DNA from: Felis catus | Lineage: Eukaryota | DNA length: 64,000 bases | Assembly (NCBI RefSeq): GCF_018350175.1 | Contig: NC_058368.1 | Location: 154,134,001-154,198,000 of the forward strand | Reading direction: 5' to 3' | Shown here: one piece after another, positions 39,975 to 52,650 of the stretch | How the letters are laid out: each line of letters begins with the position of its first letter | How positions within the stretch are numbered: position 1 is the first letter of the stretch | Notes under the pieces: generated by a model | What the model was told of the DNA's origin: nothing | The model's input: the letters and a program-made list of their open reading frames with translations, nothing else | Database searches by the model: none | Translations under genes and position numbers: made by a program

Positions 39975-42610
39975 TTTCGATATGAGCTTTGTTGATGTAC
40001 ACTTAACAAATAAAAATGTGTGCACTTCTTCTGCGAGAGCATGAGATGGGGAGAGGGGCCAAGATGGAATCTTAAGCAGACTGCATATTCAGCTCAGAGC
40101 CAGACACGAGGTTCATTCTCTTGACCCTGGGATCATGAACTGAGTGGAAATCATGAGTGGGATTCTCAACTGACAAAGGCACCCAGGGGGCCCTGCATAC
40201 ATCCTATGTATATGGTTTGATGAGTTTTCACAAATGTATACATCAGTGTAACCACCATCACAGTCAAAATGCTAACATTTTTAACATTGCTTGTTGGTGG
40301 GTTGGTTGGTTGGTCTGACCTTACTTAATCAGAATGATCAAATTGTTCCATGCATCCATAGTTGTTCTTCTATTTCTAACTAGGGTTATATTGTTGTATA
40401 TATCAAAATGTATCACTTTATCTGTCGATGGAAATTTAGTTTTTTTTCACTTTTCAGATATTATGAATAATGCTGCTATGAGCATTAATGTCTTTGTGTA
40501 GTAAATGTCTTCGTCAGTATAGGGCAGGTGCTTATTAAATTTCTCTAAGTGACATTTTATAATTTTCAGTATGCAGACCTTGAGATAAAACTCATTTGGG
40601 ATGATATATGTATTTTAAAGGTTTCCCTTTGATTCATTTGGCCAGTATTTTTCTGGGGATTTCTGCATCTATATTCATAAGGCTTATTGTTTTATAATTT
40701 TCTCTTTAGATAATGTCTTTATCAGTTTTCTGTATCAAGCGTGTCTTCCTCTGGTTGGTGCATCTAGGTAACAATGTTGGTCCCCACATAGGACTTAAGA
40801 AGTGTTTTCTCCTCCTTGTTTTCTGAGCAGATTTGTATAAACTTGGAATAATCTCTTCCTTTAATATTTGATAGGCTTCTCCACTGAAATCATGTGGTCA
40901 TAAGGTTTCATTTATGGAGGGTTTTTAAATTATAAATTCAGTTACTTTACTATTTATGGGGTATTTATATTTTCTATTTATTTTGACCATTTCGGTAACT
41001 GATACCTCTCCAGGCATTTATCGATTCCATTTAAATTGTTGAATTTATTGGTAACATTTATTATATTCCTCCTATATCATTGTAATATCCACACATTGTG
41101 TAGGATGGTTGGTGCCTTTTCAATCTTGAAAGTGATAATATTTGTCTTATCTATGTTTTGTTGTTCAGAACAAAAATTTATTCATTTACTGTTCATTTCA
41201 AGTAATGACTTTTGATTTCATTGATTTATTTTCCTGTTTGTCCTTCTGTCTAGGTCGTTGTTTCCTGCTCTTTATTATTGGTTTCTTTTTATTTCCTTTG
41301 AGATTTTTCTCTCTTCTACATAATTCCTTTAGGAATTATATTTATATGTTATAAAATTATACATAATATCTTGTATTATTGATTTTTGTCATTTATTCAT
41401 TTCTTATTTAATCACGTAAAGCTAAAAGCTTTGTCCTGCAAATTTCCTAAGTGGTGTTTCCTAATCATTGTTTTCAATATTTTCTAAATTTAATGTGATT
41501 TCTCATTCTACCATGGGTTTCGGTGTATGATGCTTAACTGACAAATTTAGGAGGTCTTTGGAATTGTTGTAGTTCATTTTTCATGCATTTCCACTGTGGT
41601 CAGAGAAAATGCTGTCTACAATTTCAGTCCTTTAAAATCTATTTTGTGGCTCAGTGTATGTTCTATATTGGTGATTGTCTTATGTGCACATAATGTATAT
41701 TCTGGTGCTGAATGTAGTATTTTATAATTTTTTTTACACTTTACAGTTCTTTAAATTCAAGTCTTCCATCTTCTTAGTTTTTTTTCTACTTGAAGTATCA
41801 ATTACTGAAAATAAAATGTAATGTCTAGTATAATCACAAAATTGTCTACTATTTCTTCTTTTAGCTCTGTGGTATTAGTTACATTTGCTATATATTCATT
41901 TACAGATGTACATATTTGTGTGTGTATATGTTATTTTTTACCATGCGTGAACATTTAGTTTTGATATGTGTTCTGCATTAATTGATCCCTTACTATTAGG
42001 GTATTTCCTTCTATATACCTAGTAATATTCCTTGTTCTGAAGGTAGCTTTGTATATTATTAATATATTCTGTCTCATGATTTATACTTTGCATTCTATAT
42101 GTTTTCTCATAGTTTGACTTTAGCCTTTCTTTATATTTATTATTATAATGTTTTTTAAAAGACAGAATATAGTTGGATTCTGCCTTCCATTCATTCTGAA
42201 AAGCTCTACCTTTTAATAGAGCAATTAGATAATTTATATTTACTATATTAATATTCTCAGCATTAAGTATACTATTTTTCTATTTGTTCTCTATTCATCC
42301 CAAGTGTTTTTATTCTTATTTTTGCTTTATTTTTTTTCTTATTGTATTTCATGTTGCTTATTAGAAGTATTTGTAATATAATTTAATGGGATATATAATG
42401 TTTTAATATGCATCATTAATTTTTCATAGTCTACACTCAAATAATATTATCTAATATTTTAGTTAATGTAGAAAGCTTCCAGAAGTATATTTCCATTTTT
42501 CCCTTCCATCATGTGCACTATTGTCATTCATTTTACTTCTACGTATGTTATAAACTCCAAAATGAATTGCTACTACTTTTGCTTTAAATAGCCAATTATC
42601 TTTCAAATAA
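39975..42610 (-). mobile_element. Old L1M (L1ME-like) fragments, 3' end through ORF2 pieces
   Basis: tgatgagttttcacaaatgtatacatcagtgtaaccaccatcacagtcaa; tattatgaataatgctgctatgagcatt; ttccactgtggtcagagaa..tttcagtcctttaaaat. Confidence 0.8.
40031..40193 (-). mobile_element. Old Can-SINE nested in L1
   Basis: gaatcttaagcagact..gaccctgggatcatgaactgag..ctcaactgac..cacccagg; diverged. Confidence 0.85.
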
Positions 42611-42612
<2 letters not shown>

Positions 42613-42651
<39 letters not shown>

Positions 42652-42795
42652 ATTGAAAGAGAGAGATTGAGTTTAAGGAATTGGCTCATGCAGTTATAAA
42701 TACATGGTGAATACAAAATTTGCCGGGTAGGCTACAGGCTAGCAGGCTGCATACCCAAGGCAGAGTTGCACTTCAAGTCCAAAGGCATTCTGCTG
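42613..42795 (-). mobile_element. Partial MLT2 (ERV-L) LTR including its (TG)n microsatellite
   Basis: gagagatt..taaggaattggctcatgcagttat..aggct..acccaagg..agtccaaaggc next to a dinucleotide repeat is characteristic of antisense MLT2. Confidence 0.8.
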
Positions 42796-43595
42796 TCCAC
42801 AGTTCATAAACTGGTCCATAATCAGATGTACAGCCTCTTTTCCCCCAAAGTAAAGCACCAAGTGTACTTCTTGAAATTTTGCCTATAGGAGGATTGCCTT
42901 TCCCCTCTGTCTTTAAGGAATATCCCCCAAAAAGGCTTTCGTGCTGCATCTGTCCACTTTTGCAAAGGTGCATAAGGTGCAGAACCATAGTAAGCCAGGC
43001 TCAACTTTTTTTTCTTCCTGTAGGTTGGTGGTAGGGAACTCTCCATAAGACCATAGCTGAAGGCTGGGAGAGAGATGGTAGGTTAGCAGGAGTGGGAACC
43101 CTAGTGATTTTGGTCACTTTTTCATGTAACTTGTACCTTCAGGGAACGTATGGGCCTAATCTTTATATACCACCTCCATTTGATGATGGTTTCCTGCTGT
43201 ATATGCCCAATTTTATGGCTTGGTGGGTTAAAGAACTCCCAGTTTATGATGGGCAGTTTAAGGCACATGGTACTTGGTGGCCCATCATAATGCATTTGTC
43301 TCGACTAAGGACCAGTATCAGGCCAAAAGCTTTTTCTCAAAAGAAGAGTTATTCACGGGAGAAAGACAGGATTTGGCACTGCATTCTAAGGGCTTGGACT
43401 GTGATTTACCCACCAAAGTCACCAACCACATCCCTGGCTGACACACTTCAAGAACCATTTAATCAGCTGTATCATGTGGCCCAAGTGGCAGAGTAGCTTA
43501 TTTGGTAGCATGGAATTGTTTCACAGGCTTCTGCTGTTCTGGTACCCACTCAAAACTAGCAATTTTTTAGGTCATCTGGTAAATTGGCTGGAGCT
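42796..43595 (-). mobile_element. ERV-L pol fossil (RT connection to RNase H), frameshifted
   Basis: Minus-strand fragments: LQPIYQMT*KIASFEWVPEQQK..ATLPLGPHD..MVLEV; NSSFEKKLLA*YWSLVET; LPIINW....PPSHKIGH.QQ.TIIKWRWYI; GSAPYA..QKWTDAARKP..GIFLKDRGERQSS. These are collinear with ERV-L Pol as I recall it (ASFEWGPEQ, YSPFEKQLLACYWALVET, TDGSARYAGTTQKWTAAA). Confidence 0.92.
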
Positions 43596-44021
43596 CTAAA
43601 ATCTAAAAAGGCTTAGAGCAAGAGATGATCCAGTTTGGTCTTAAAATTTATAGTATCATTCAAGCAGTTTCCAAATTATTTCCAGTGGAGCAGCTCCACT
43701 TGGAAATTAAAGTGGAAAATCCTGCTAAACTGTTTGATTCTATAACAGAATTCAGCAGGCAAGATTATAAAATTCCTAAATATTTTCTTAGATCCCCGCT
43801 TAAAGGAAATCTCTGAATAGTTGTGTGTAGTTCCAGTAGAATACCCTGTAATGGAATGTTCACTTCCAATCTAAAAAGTTTTATTTTTGTTCGTAGTTGT
43901 ATTTTTGTATGAATTAGACTTTTAATTTTCTTTTAAAGACATGAACTAAGCAGGCATTTTATTACTTTAAAGGCTTTAAGTTGCTATAATTTGCAGACTA
44001 TTAAGAAATTGATTAGAACCA

Positions 44022-44608
44022 TAATTTGGCTATTGTTGAGAATGCTGCTGTAATTATTGGGGTTGACGTATCCCTTTGAATCAGTATACTTGTATCCTTT
44101 GGGTAAATACCTAGTAGCGCGATTGCTAGGTTGTAGGGTAGTTCCAATTTTAACTTTTTTAAGGAACCTCCACACTGCTTACAGAGTGCTGGCACCAGTT
44201 TGCATTCCTACCAACAGTGTAAGAGTGTTTGCCTTTCTTGTGCATTCTCAGTGCCTGCTGTTTCTGGTGTTGTAGCCATTCTGACAGGTGTGAGGTGATA
44301 CCTCATCATGCTTTGATTTGCATTCCCCTGATGATGAGTGATGAGCATCTTTTCATGTGTCTATTAGGCACCTGGATGTCTTCTTTGGAAAAATATCTAT
44401 TGGTGTCTTTTGTACATTATTTAAGTGGATTATTTGGCTTTTGGGTGTTCAGTTTTAAGTTCTTTAAATGGCTGATGGGTTAAAGAGGGCACTACCAGTG
44501 ATGAGAACTGGGTGTTGTATGTAATTGGTGAATCACTCTATTCTACACCTGAAACTAATATTACACTGTATGTTAACCAGCTGGAATTTAAATAAAAACT
44601 TGTAAAAA
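44022..44608 (+). mobile_element. Carnivore L1 insertion with 5' inversion (44022-44465 antisense ORF2 3' part, 44466-44608 sense 3'UTR and polyA)
   Basis: Minus ORFs contain WRFLKK.K.ELPY..AIALLGIYPKDT (ORF2 C-terminus); strand switch near 44465; TSD aaattgattagaacca (44006-44021) / aaattgatgagaacca (44609-44624). Confidence 0.93.
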
Positions 44609-45146
44609 AAATTGATGAGAACCAATTCCATATGTAAAGACATAAAAAATTGAATAGTGTTTCCATTTTTATGGATATGAAACTCTGTACACAGGACCTG
44701 AATGCTATAGTTGGGCCCATCATTTATTAGCTCTGCAAAACATGTGACTATATTTTTGAATTAAAATTTAGATTAATAGGCTTAATACATAGTGAGATAG
44801 TAGGGCAGAATCACTTTAAGTGGATTTTCTACAAACTGTAGAGAGTAGTTTCTACAACATTCTGAACAAAAAATTTTGAAGTTCCTATGGATTTATGTCA
44901 ATGATTGATAATTTATAATAATTTTTTCCTGCATTGATAAGAATGCATTGAGACCAACACAGAGGAGCATATTAAGAAGGCCAGGGGACTCTTTCGAAAG
45001 TTATTACTTGAAAAATCTACTGGATATATCCAAATACATTCTGATTGGCATACTGTTTTGTTATTAATTCTTTCATAATTAAAATACACAAAGAACAAGA
45101 ATAAAGATTCAGCTACAGAAGTATAAAAATGTAGAAAACAATTAAA

Positions 45147-46770
45147 GTGACGTCAGCAAGGTGGTGTAGTTGGAAGCCAAAGACCATTTTTTTTTCTCTG
45201 AAAAATACACCATTTAGCAGTAACTCATAGACAAATCTCTTTTGTGAAAGATCAGAAACTATAAAAGGCTTCTGCACCCTGGAAGAAAAACTGAAACCAG
45301 TCTTACTGGAGCCCGTACTGAGACTCTTGATACTTTCTCACCAGCGCCCCTACCCCTGGTGTAATGCCGTATGATGAGGAAGAAACCCTCAAGCTCCCAC
45401 CTTCATCCAGGAGAGAAGAAAAGTTAGTGTGCATAATGAGTTCCCTAACTTTCCAGAGGCCTGACTTCTCTCTTGCCACTCTTGGGGCTCTGATGGGTCC
45501 AGCATAGTGTAGCTGCCTTAGAGGAGAAGACACATGGTCTGACAGATGCCAAAAATAACCTCAAAATGATTAAAGATTCACACCTCAGACTCCAAACTTA
45601 AACTACTAGAAGAAAATAAAGGGAAAAGCTCTATGATTAGCAATAATTTCATGAATATGGTGCCAAAAAGTCAACAAAACAAAAATAAGCAAGAGATACT
45701 ATATCAAACTAAAAAGCTTTACAGCAAAGGAAACCATCAACAGAGTAAAAAGGAAATTTATGGCATGGGAGGAAATATTTGTAGACCTTATATAGCTGAT
45801 GAGAATTTAATTTCCAAAATACATAAAGAAATCCTACAACTCCTAACGTTAAATAGGAAAAATACCCTGATAACCTGATAAATAAATGAGCTAAGGACTT
45901 GGATACAAATTTCTCCAAAGAAGACATACAAATGGCCAACATCTATATGGAAAAAAATGTTCAGGAGATAATCAGGAAATTGAAATTAAAACTACAATGT
46001 GCTTTCACTACATCGTCACCTCCCTATCAGGATGACTATTATCAAAAACAATCAACCAAACAAAAACAAGTGTTGAAAAAAATGTGAAGAAATTGGAACC
46101 CTTGTGCACTGTTTTTGGAAGTGCAAAATGGTACAGCTGCTTTTGGAAACAGTATAGAAGTTCCTCAGTTAATAAAAGTAGAAGTACCATGTGATTCAGT
46201 GATCACATTTCTGGGCATTTATCCAGAATAATTGAAATCGGGATCTTGAAAAGGTATTAACACTCCTGTGTTCAATGTAGCTTTATTTACAATAGCCAAG
46301 AAATGGAAATAACTTAAACATCCATCAAAGATTAATACCTAAAGAAAATATGATGAATACATACAATGTTAAACAATTCAGCCTTTAAAAAAGAGGGAAT
46401 CTATAATAGGAAACAACATGGATGAACTTCAAGGACATTATGCTATGTGAAGTAAGCTGTTCACAGAGAGACAAATGGTGCATGATTCCACTTGTATGAG
46501 GTATCTAAAATAGTCAAATTCATAGAATCCAAGAGTGAGATGGTGGTTGCCAGGGATTAGGGAAAGGAGGAAATGAAGATTTACTAATCTACAGGCTTAA
46601 AGTTTCAATTATCAAGATGAATAAGCTCCAGAAATTTGCTGTATAAATTGTACTTTTGTAAAAATAAGTACACTTGCTTTTTGTACTTATGGTAAAAAAT
46701 AATGTACACTTAAAATTTTGATGTTAGGTTGCATTTTATGTTCTTTCCCCAAAAGATAAAATTTATAAAA
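45147..46770 (+). mobile_element. Internally deleted L1 (5'UTR-like 45147-45550 joined to ORF2 3' region and an L1MA10/MB-like 3'UTR)
   Basis: gtgacgtcagcaaggtggtgtagttggaag resembles an L1 5' start; abrupt switch at 45551 to aaaaataacctcaaaatgattaaaga..aactactagaagaaaa; ORF FSKEDIQMAN..M; 3'UTR aaatagtcaaattcatagaa..gatggtggttgccaggg. Confidence 0.82.
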
Positions 46771-47336
46771 ATAATTATGAACATAAATAGTTAATATTGG
46801 TTTCTAGTAATCATGTTGAGAATCAAGGGCCATTCCTTTTTCAATACTACTACTATTTTTTTAAAAGAAATAAGAAAAAAACGACATTTTTATAAGATAA
46901 ATGTTCACACAATCTAAACACATTCTTAAATCGAATGACCTGGGTGCAAATTAAATAATTACCTAAAGTACTTGTTTTTAATCACCGTTTTACCAATCTT
47001 ACTATTTCTCATTTTGATCTAAGGAAAAAACTCCTTATATACAAGGCTTCAGGGAATAGGGAAGTATCCATTAATGATTTCCTTCAGGCTTGCTGCTCAT
47101 ATACCTCAAAAAGATTGGTGTATTTATTTGTTCCCATCAGAAATATTCATCTTCCTTTCATGATCCAAACAGATTAGAGTACTCCCTGGCTGTGAAGAGA
47201 AATCTTTATCCCACTAGGTAGTATGTAAGTTGTGTTTGTCCTTACTTAAATTCCTTCATCTATCCTTTCCAAGTTGAAAATTACTAAATCTCAGCAATCA
47301 AGGGAAAATAAGTACCTTCTTAAGAAGATAAAAAGT

Positions 47337-47845
47337 ATTTTCTTTATCTATTCATTTACTGAATGACACGCGAATTGCTTCCATATCTTAGCTTTTGTAA
47401 ATAATGCTGCAATAAATGTAGGAGTGCATATATTTTTTCAAATTAGTGGGGCTTTAAGGTGGTAAATTACTCAGCCACAAAAAGAAGTAATCTTGTTATT
47501 TACAAGTCAATGTGGATGGTCTTAGAGAATATAATGCTAAGGGAAATAAGTCAGAGAAAGACAAATCTCATATGATATCATATAATAATATTCACATGAA
47601 CAATTTAAGAAACAAATAATAAAAAAGGAAAAAAGACAAAAAAAAAATAGATTCTTAAATACATAGAACAGAGTGGTCATAGCCAGAGGGTAAAGGGATG
47701 GTGTGGGGTGGAGAAGGAGGGAAATAGAGACAATTAAGAGTACACTTATGATAAGCACTGAATAATGTATAGAATTGTTGAAACATTATATTGTACATCT
47801 GAAACTAATATACTATATGTTACTTACACTTTAATTAAAAAAAAT
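47337..47845 (+). mobile_element. Carnivore L1 3' end with short 5' inversion (47337 to about 47455 antisense)
   Basis: Antisense tctttatctattcat..ccatatcttagc..ataatgctgcaataa, then sense attactcagcc..gataagcactgaataatgtatagaattgttgaa..ttaattaaaaaaaa. Confidence 0.88.
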
Positions 47846-48096
47846 GAAATTAAGTGGAAAAAGAGGAAAATCAAATATCAAAGTGAGTCACTGTAATCAG
47901 GGAAAACTCCTTGATGGTTTCCAACTAGAAATGATTTCTCTGGAAAAGAGTCATTTTTCTTTTTTTAAGAACTGTCTCCTCTTTCTGTAGCATTGAAGTT
48001 CCAATTTGTACAAAACTCATTTGTTTCAAATTACCCAGTTCCTGACTGTTTTCATACTGCCTTTCAGAAATTTTTAAACCTTTTACTGAATATTTA

Positions 48097-48097
48097 C

Positions 48098-48144
<47 letters not shown>

Positions 48145-48332
48145 TTATGTTTGTTTATTTTTGAGAGAGAGCAGAGGAGAGGCAAAAAGAGGGGGAGACC
48201 CAGAATCTGAAGCAGGCTCCAGGCTCCGACCTGTCAGTGCAGAGCCCAATGTGGGGCTCAAGCCCACTAGCTGTGGGATCATGACCTGAACCAAAGTGAG
48301 ACACTTAACTGACTGAGCCACCCAGGTGCCTC
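48097..48332 (-). mobile_element. Can-SINE (felid type) with (TTTA)n
   Basis: Antisense body ending ctgagccacccaggtgcctc; degenerate TSD ttactgaatattta / ttaccaaatactta. Confidence 0.96.
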
Positions 48333-49146
48333 TTACCAAATACTTAAATAAGAGATTTGAGCAGATGTTATAATAAAAAGCCAGTAGAGAATAAAGTCTG
48401 TATTATCACAGAGTCCCTGTTGTAAGTAGATACTGAGAACAGTGTGTTAAAGTCAAGAATTAATTACTATTGCCTTAAAAACATTAACTGTGATACTGTT
48501 TCTATCCAATTACTTAACATCACTTATATGAATGATTTTGACCTAGCCTGTATATCTGATCCTGAAAAATTTATCCACATAAGTTTCGTTGCTGTTGGAT
48601 GCTTTTGGTTTCCTATTTTTCCAACCATTTAAAATGAGCATTCTGTTACATGCTGGAAAAGAACAGAATAAAGAAGATAATAAAAATACAGCACGAAATA
48701 CTAAATTATAAGGCAGAAAAATATAATTAAATGTAAAAGGCAATATTTAAAAAGAATCACAATAAAATTATCAAAATATCTTTTGCAAGTATGATGGGAA
48801 AATAGAGAAAAAACACAAATAAGTTAGTTTTGGGTGAGTAAATACAGTACAGAAGTGAAGGAGATATGAAAATTAGGCAAGAACACCGTGAAAGATGTTT
48901 TAAGTCATAAACTTAAGACTCCAAGTAAGATGAATAATTTCCTAAGAAAAATAAAACTGACATGTATTAATCACCAGAGGAGAGAACCTGTTAGGAAATA
49001 TAATCTAAAATTTGGAAATAATGATTCACAACCTAGAGTGCCCATATTTCAATACTACCTCTGCTGCTCCAAAAGTGTATGATCATTCATAAGTTGTTTT
49101 GACATTTGTGGCTCAGTTTTTTATTAGATGAGATAAGTTGCATTGA

Positions 49147-49365
49147 GGGGTGTTTGAGTGGCTTGGTCAATTAAGCACTGGACTCTTAATTTCAGGTCAG
49201 GTCAGGATCTCAAGGTTTGTGAGATCAAGCCCCATGTCAGACTCTCTGCTGACAGCATGGTGCCTGCCTGGGATTCTCTCTCTTTCTCTCCCTCTCTGCC
49301 CCTCCTCTGCTCATTCTGTCTCCCTCTCTCAAAATAAATAAATAAACTAAAACACACTTAAAAAA
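49147..49365 (+). mobile_element. Can-SINE
   Basis: Diverged head ggggtgtttgagtggcttgg; perfect 14-bp TSD ataagttgcattga (49133-49146 / 49366-49379). Confidence 0.96.
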
Positions 49366-50149
49366 ATAAGTTGCATTGAAAGTATTTATCTTACATGTTA
49401 AGAATAAGTAAATCAATATTTTAGACACTTAAAATACTTTGAGGTCATTGAGGTAGTTATATAAATATTTGCAGTAAACCATAATCTAAAAAAATTGACA
49501 TAACAATTAAAATTGTGGCCTGATACCATTTTGGAATATAGATATTAGGAAATCAAATGTAACATACTCTTAAAAGAACAATGGGCTTACATATGACAAT
49601 AAATAATGCTAAAATGTTCCTGTAAGTATTTTAAGGATAGAACACATCTGGATATGTAAGAAAAATGTGGTACCCTAATAAAGTTCTCAAGCAATTAAAA
49701 AAAATTATAAAAATTCTCAAATAGGGCTAAGGAGCCTGATAAATAGTAGGATAGAATCTGTAATTTTAAGTTAGAGCTGAGGCAGCTACAGATGGCTGGT
49801 AGGCATTTTCTAGTCACAGTAAATGATATATTTGCTTTTAATATAAGAATGTAAGACCCATCACTTAGAGTTCCACTAAGATTAATAGGGAGACTTAAAA
49901 AGCTATGTCTTACTGAAAGGGTAGATGAGGGGAAAAAAAGATTCCACTACTAGAAAAAGGAGAGAAGAAAGTAATTACTATGTTTCAGGCTGAATTCCTG
50001 AGTATAGGGGAGTGGGAGGAAAAGTTTTGTCTAAGAAATTCTAATTACAGGTATGAAGATGTAGCTTCTATCAGCATCTTATTTTCTAAACCCCAGTATG
50101 TGACACTAACCTAAAACAATCTTATTGGGTATTCAGGAGTCTCTGAAAG

Positions 50150-52650
50150 GACTCCTCTTCAACTTGGAATTCTCAAAATTCCCAAAGATAGTGGTCCATT
50201 AAACAGGAGTTTAAATACAAATATCAAAGAAATAGATTTCCATGGAAAAGAAAAAAAAGTTTAGAATTTAAAAAGTTTTAGTGAATATAATTATCAAAAA
50301 AGGTAAAATAAAGTTTTGATGAATTTAAGAAGTTTAAAATATTATAAAATTTGAGAAACAATATAAAACTGTAGTATATTTGAAAAACTTAATGTGTAGC
50401 AATGAAAAAATGAAAATAATCTTTAAAAATCAGTATACATATTGAAAATCTAGACATAGCAAAAGAGAGAATTAGTGATATAGAGAATAGATCCATAGAA
50501 ATTACCCAGAGTGTAATTCATATATGATAATAATGGAAAGTATTAGAGGTTAAAATGCATGGAGAGTAGAATGAAATGAGGCACAGATTTACTTAGTTTT
50601 ATATGAGAAGAAAATAAAATAATGACTGATAATTTTACAGAACCTTTGATTAGTGATTTTTCAGGTTCAGGAAGGTTTAAAAATCACAAAACAGGACAAA
50701 TGTAATGAAATAAATTTTTCTCCACAGAACAATAAAACTTTGTTACTTTAAACTCAAGGTAGCATTAAAAGTAAAAATATAAATTCCTAAAAATAAAAAT
50801 AATTATCACCTGGTAAACTACTTAGCTTCAACAACAATAGAAGCCAATAGATAAAACCAAAAGGTACTTTAAAAAATAAGAGGGGCAATGATTGGTAATC
50901 TGGACTTTTATACCTAACCAAACAGCATCTCACCAATAGGGAAATACAGACTTTTTTTTTTTAAACAAACTAAACCTAAAAGTTGATGAGCCAATTTCTA
51001 ACTGATTAAAGGAATTTCTAAAGATAAAATACAAACAGAAGGAAATGATCCCCTAAATGGTATCCATAATGCAAGAAGAAATGTGAGCAATAAAATTAGT
51101 AAGTATATGACAAAAATTATAGGTCTCAACTTGATAATAAAGCAAAAATAGGTTTTAGAGGTTATAGTCATATATAAATACAGAACTATAATAAAGTTAA
51201 GAGTGGTCAAAAATAAAAACTATTCTAAGGCCCATGTATTGTTTGAGTGGACAGTGTATAGAAATTGATTAATTTTAATTTTTATGATAGGCAGTATAAA
51301 TTTTATCAGTAACCACCAAAAGGATAAAATGGAGTAATGAACTGCTGGAACAATATAGGGAATTAACAGATTAAAAACAAAGGAACTCAGGGTGCCTGGC
51401 TGGCTCAGTTGGTGCAATATGCAACTCTTGACCTTGAGGTGGTTATTTGAAGCCCCACATTGGGTGCAGAGATTACTTTAAAAAAGTAAAATCATTTTAA
51501 AAAATTAAAAAAAATATGAACTAAAAGAAGACCTAAAATCAAGAAAAAAAAAAACCTATGGAAAAATCATGAGATACAACCAGATTGAAATTAGTTTTGA
51601 AAATATTTTAGTAATCATAATCATTATAAAATTTCCAAGCTCAAAAACAGAAAGGTTGAAAATAAAATAAGACAGAGCAAAATTATTGCATCTATCTTAG
51701 GATTAGAAGAAAAGTACTTTAAGAAAATAAAACCATAGTAAGCCTACTTAATTAATAATTAATCTGAGAGAGCATCACAAAATGCATGTATCAATTGAGA
51801 CCAATGTATAGAGAAAAATTATGATAATTACACAGTTACTGAGAAATTCACCATAAAATGGAGGATTTAAATGATTTTCTCACTGTTTGTAGATCAAGAA
51901 ATCAATATTTGGATGGGACTTAGAAGATTTGTAAAACATCCTAATTAAGATACCCATTAATTTCAAGCATACTAAGAATTTTCCTGTATCTTGATTTCAT
52001 GTTATTGCATACAGTGAGCATCAATAAAAGCCCAAGAATCTATATTATACAGACGGTTCCCTGTGACTACAGTATAAATTACATGAATATTTAGTATACA
52101 AAAAACTTCAAGCACACCATATATTCGAAAATATATACCTCCCAACTTCTATTTCAAATAATACATTTTCATGGAATATAGAAGAAGCAAACAATAATAT
52201 AAGCACAGCATATCAAACTTAAAGAATGAAACTTAAGTGGTGCTTCAAGGAAAATTAATAGCCTTAAGCAATTATTAAAAAAGAATAAAGCTAGAAATTA
52301 CACTAGGAAATAAAACTAATTATGACAGAGCAAGCCCAAATTATATACAATGGAGACATTGATAAAGAACAAAATTTAAGGATATAAATAGCAAATAATA
52401 GCCACAAGGCCAAAAAGCTAGTTCTTTATAAAAAATTAATGAAATAGAAAAATCATGGAAAAAAAATCAGGGTCATCTAGAGAGTAGACACAAATATTAT
52501 TATGAATAACAAAAATTATATAAGCAAAGATTGAGAAAATAGAACATTTTAGAAATGTATTCCAAGAACAGAATTTAATTTAATTTTATACTTTTCCTAG
52601 AAAAAAATTAGCTTATTTGCCTAGAAGAAATAAAATTCCTGAATAATATT
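50150..52650 (+). mobile_element. Very old L1 ORF1/ORF2 remnant
   Basis: Strongly A-rich; agacatagcaaaagagagaattagtga..tagagaatagatcc..gaaattaccca (ORF1 coiled-coil region); caaaaagctagttcttt..aaaaaattaatgaaataga (ORF2). Confidence 0.7.
51390..51513 (+). mobile_element. Short tRNA-like Can-SINE lacking the CT tract (SINEC_c-like)
   Basis: gggtgcctggctggctcagttggt..actcttgacctt..agccccacattgggtgcagagattactt plus A-rich tail. Confidence 0.88.

Noticed and set aside
43092..43496. 134-aa + strand ORF
   Set aside because: Antisense to the ERV-L pol fossil; the real homology is on the minus strand and is broken.
51390..51470. Possible tRNA gene
   Set aside because: tRNA-derived SINE head with an A tail and degraded boxes; no convincing cloverleaf.
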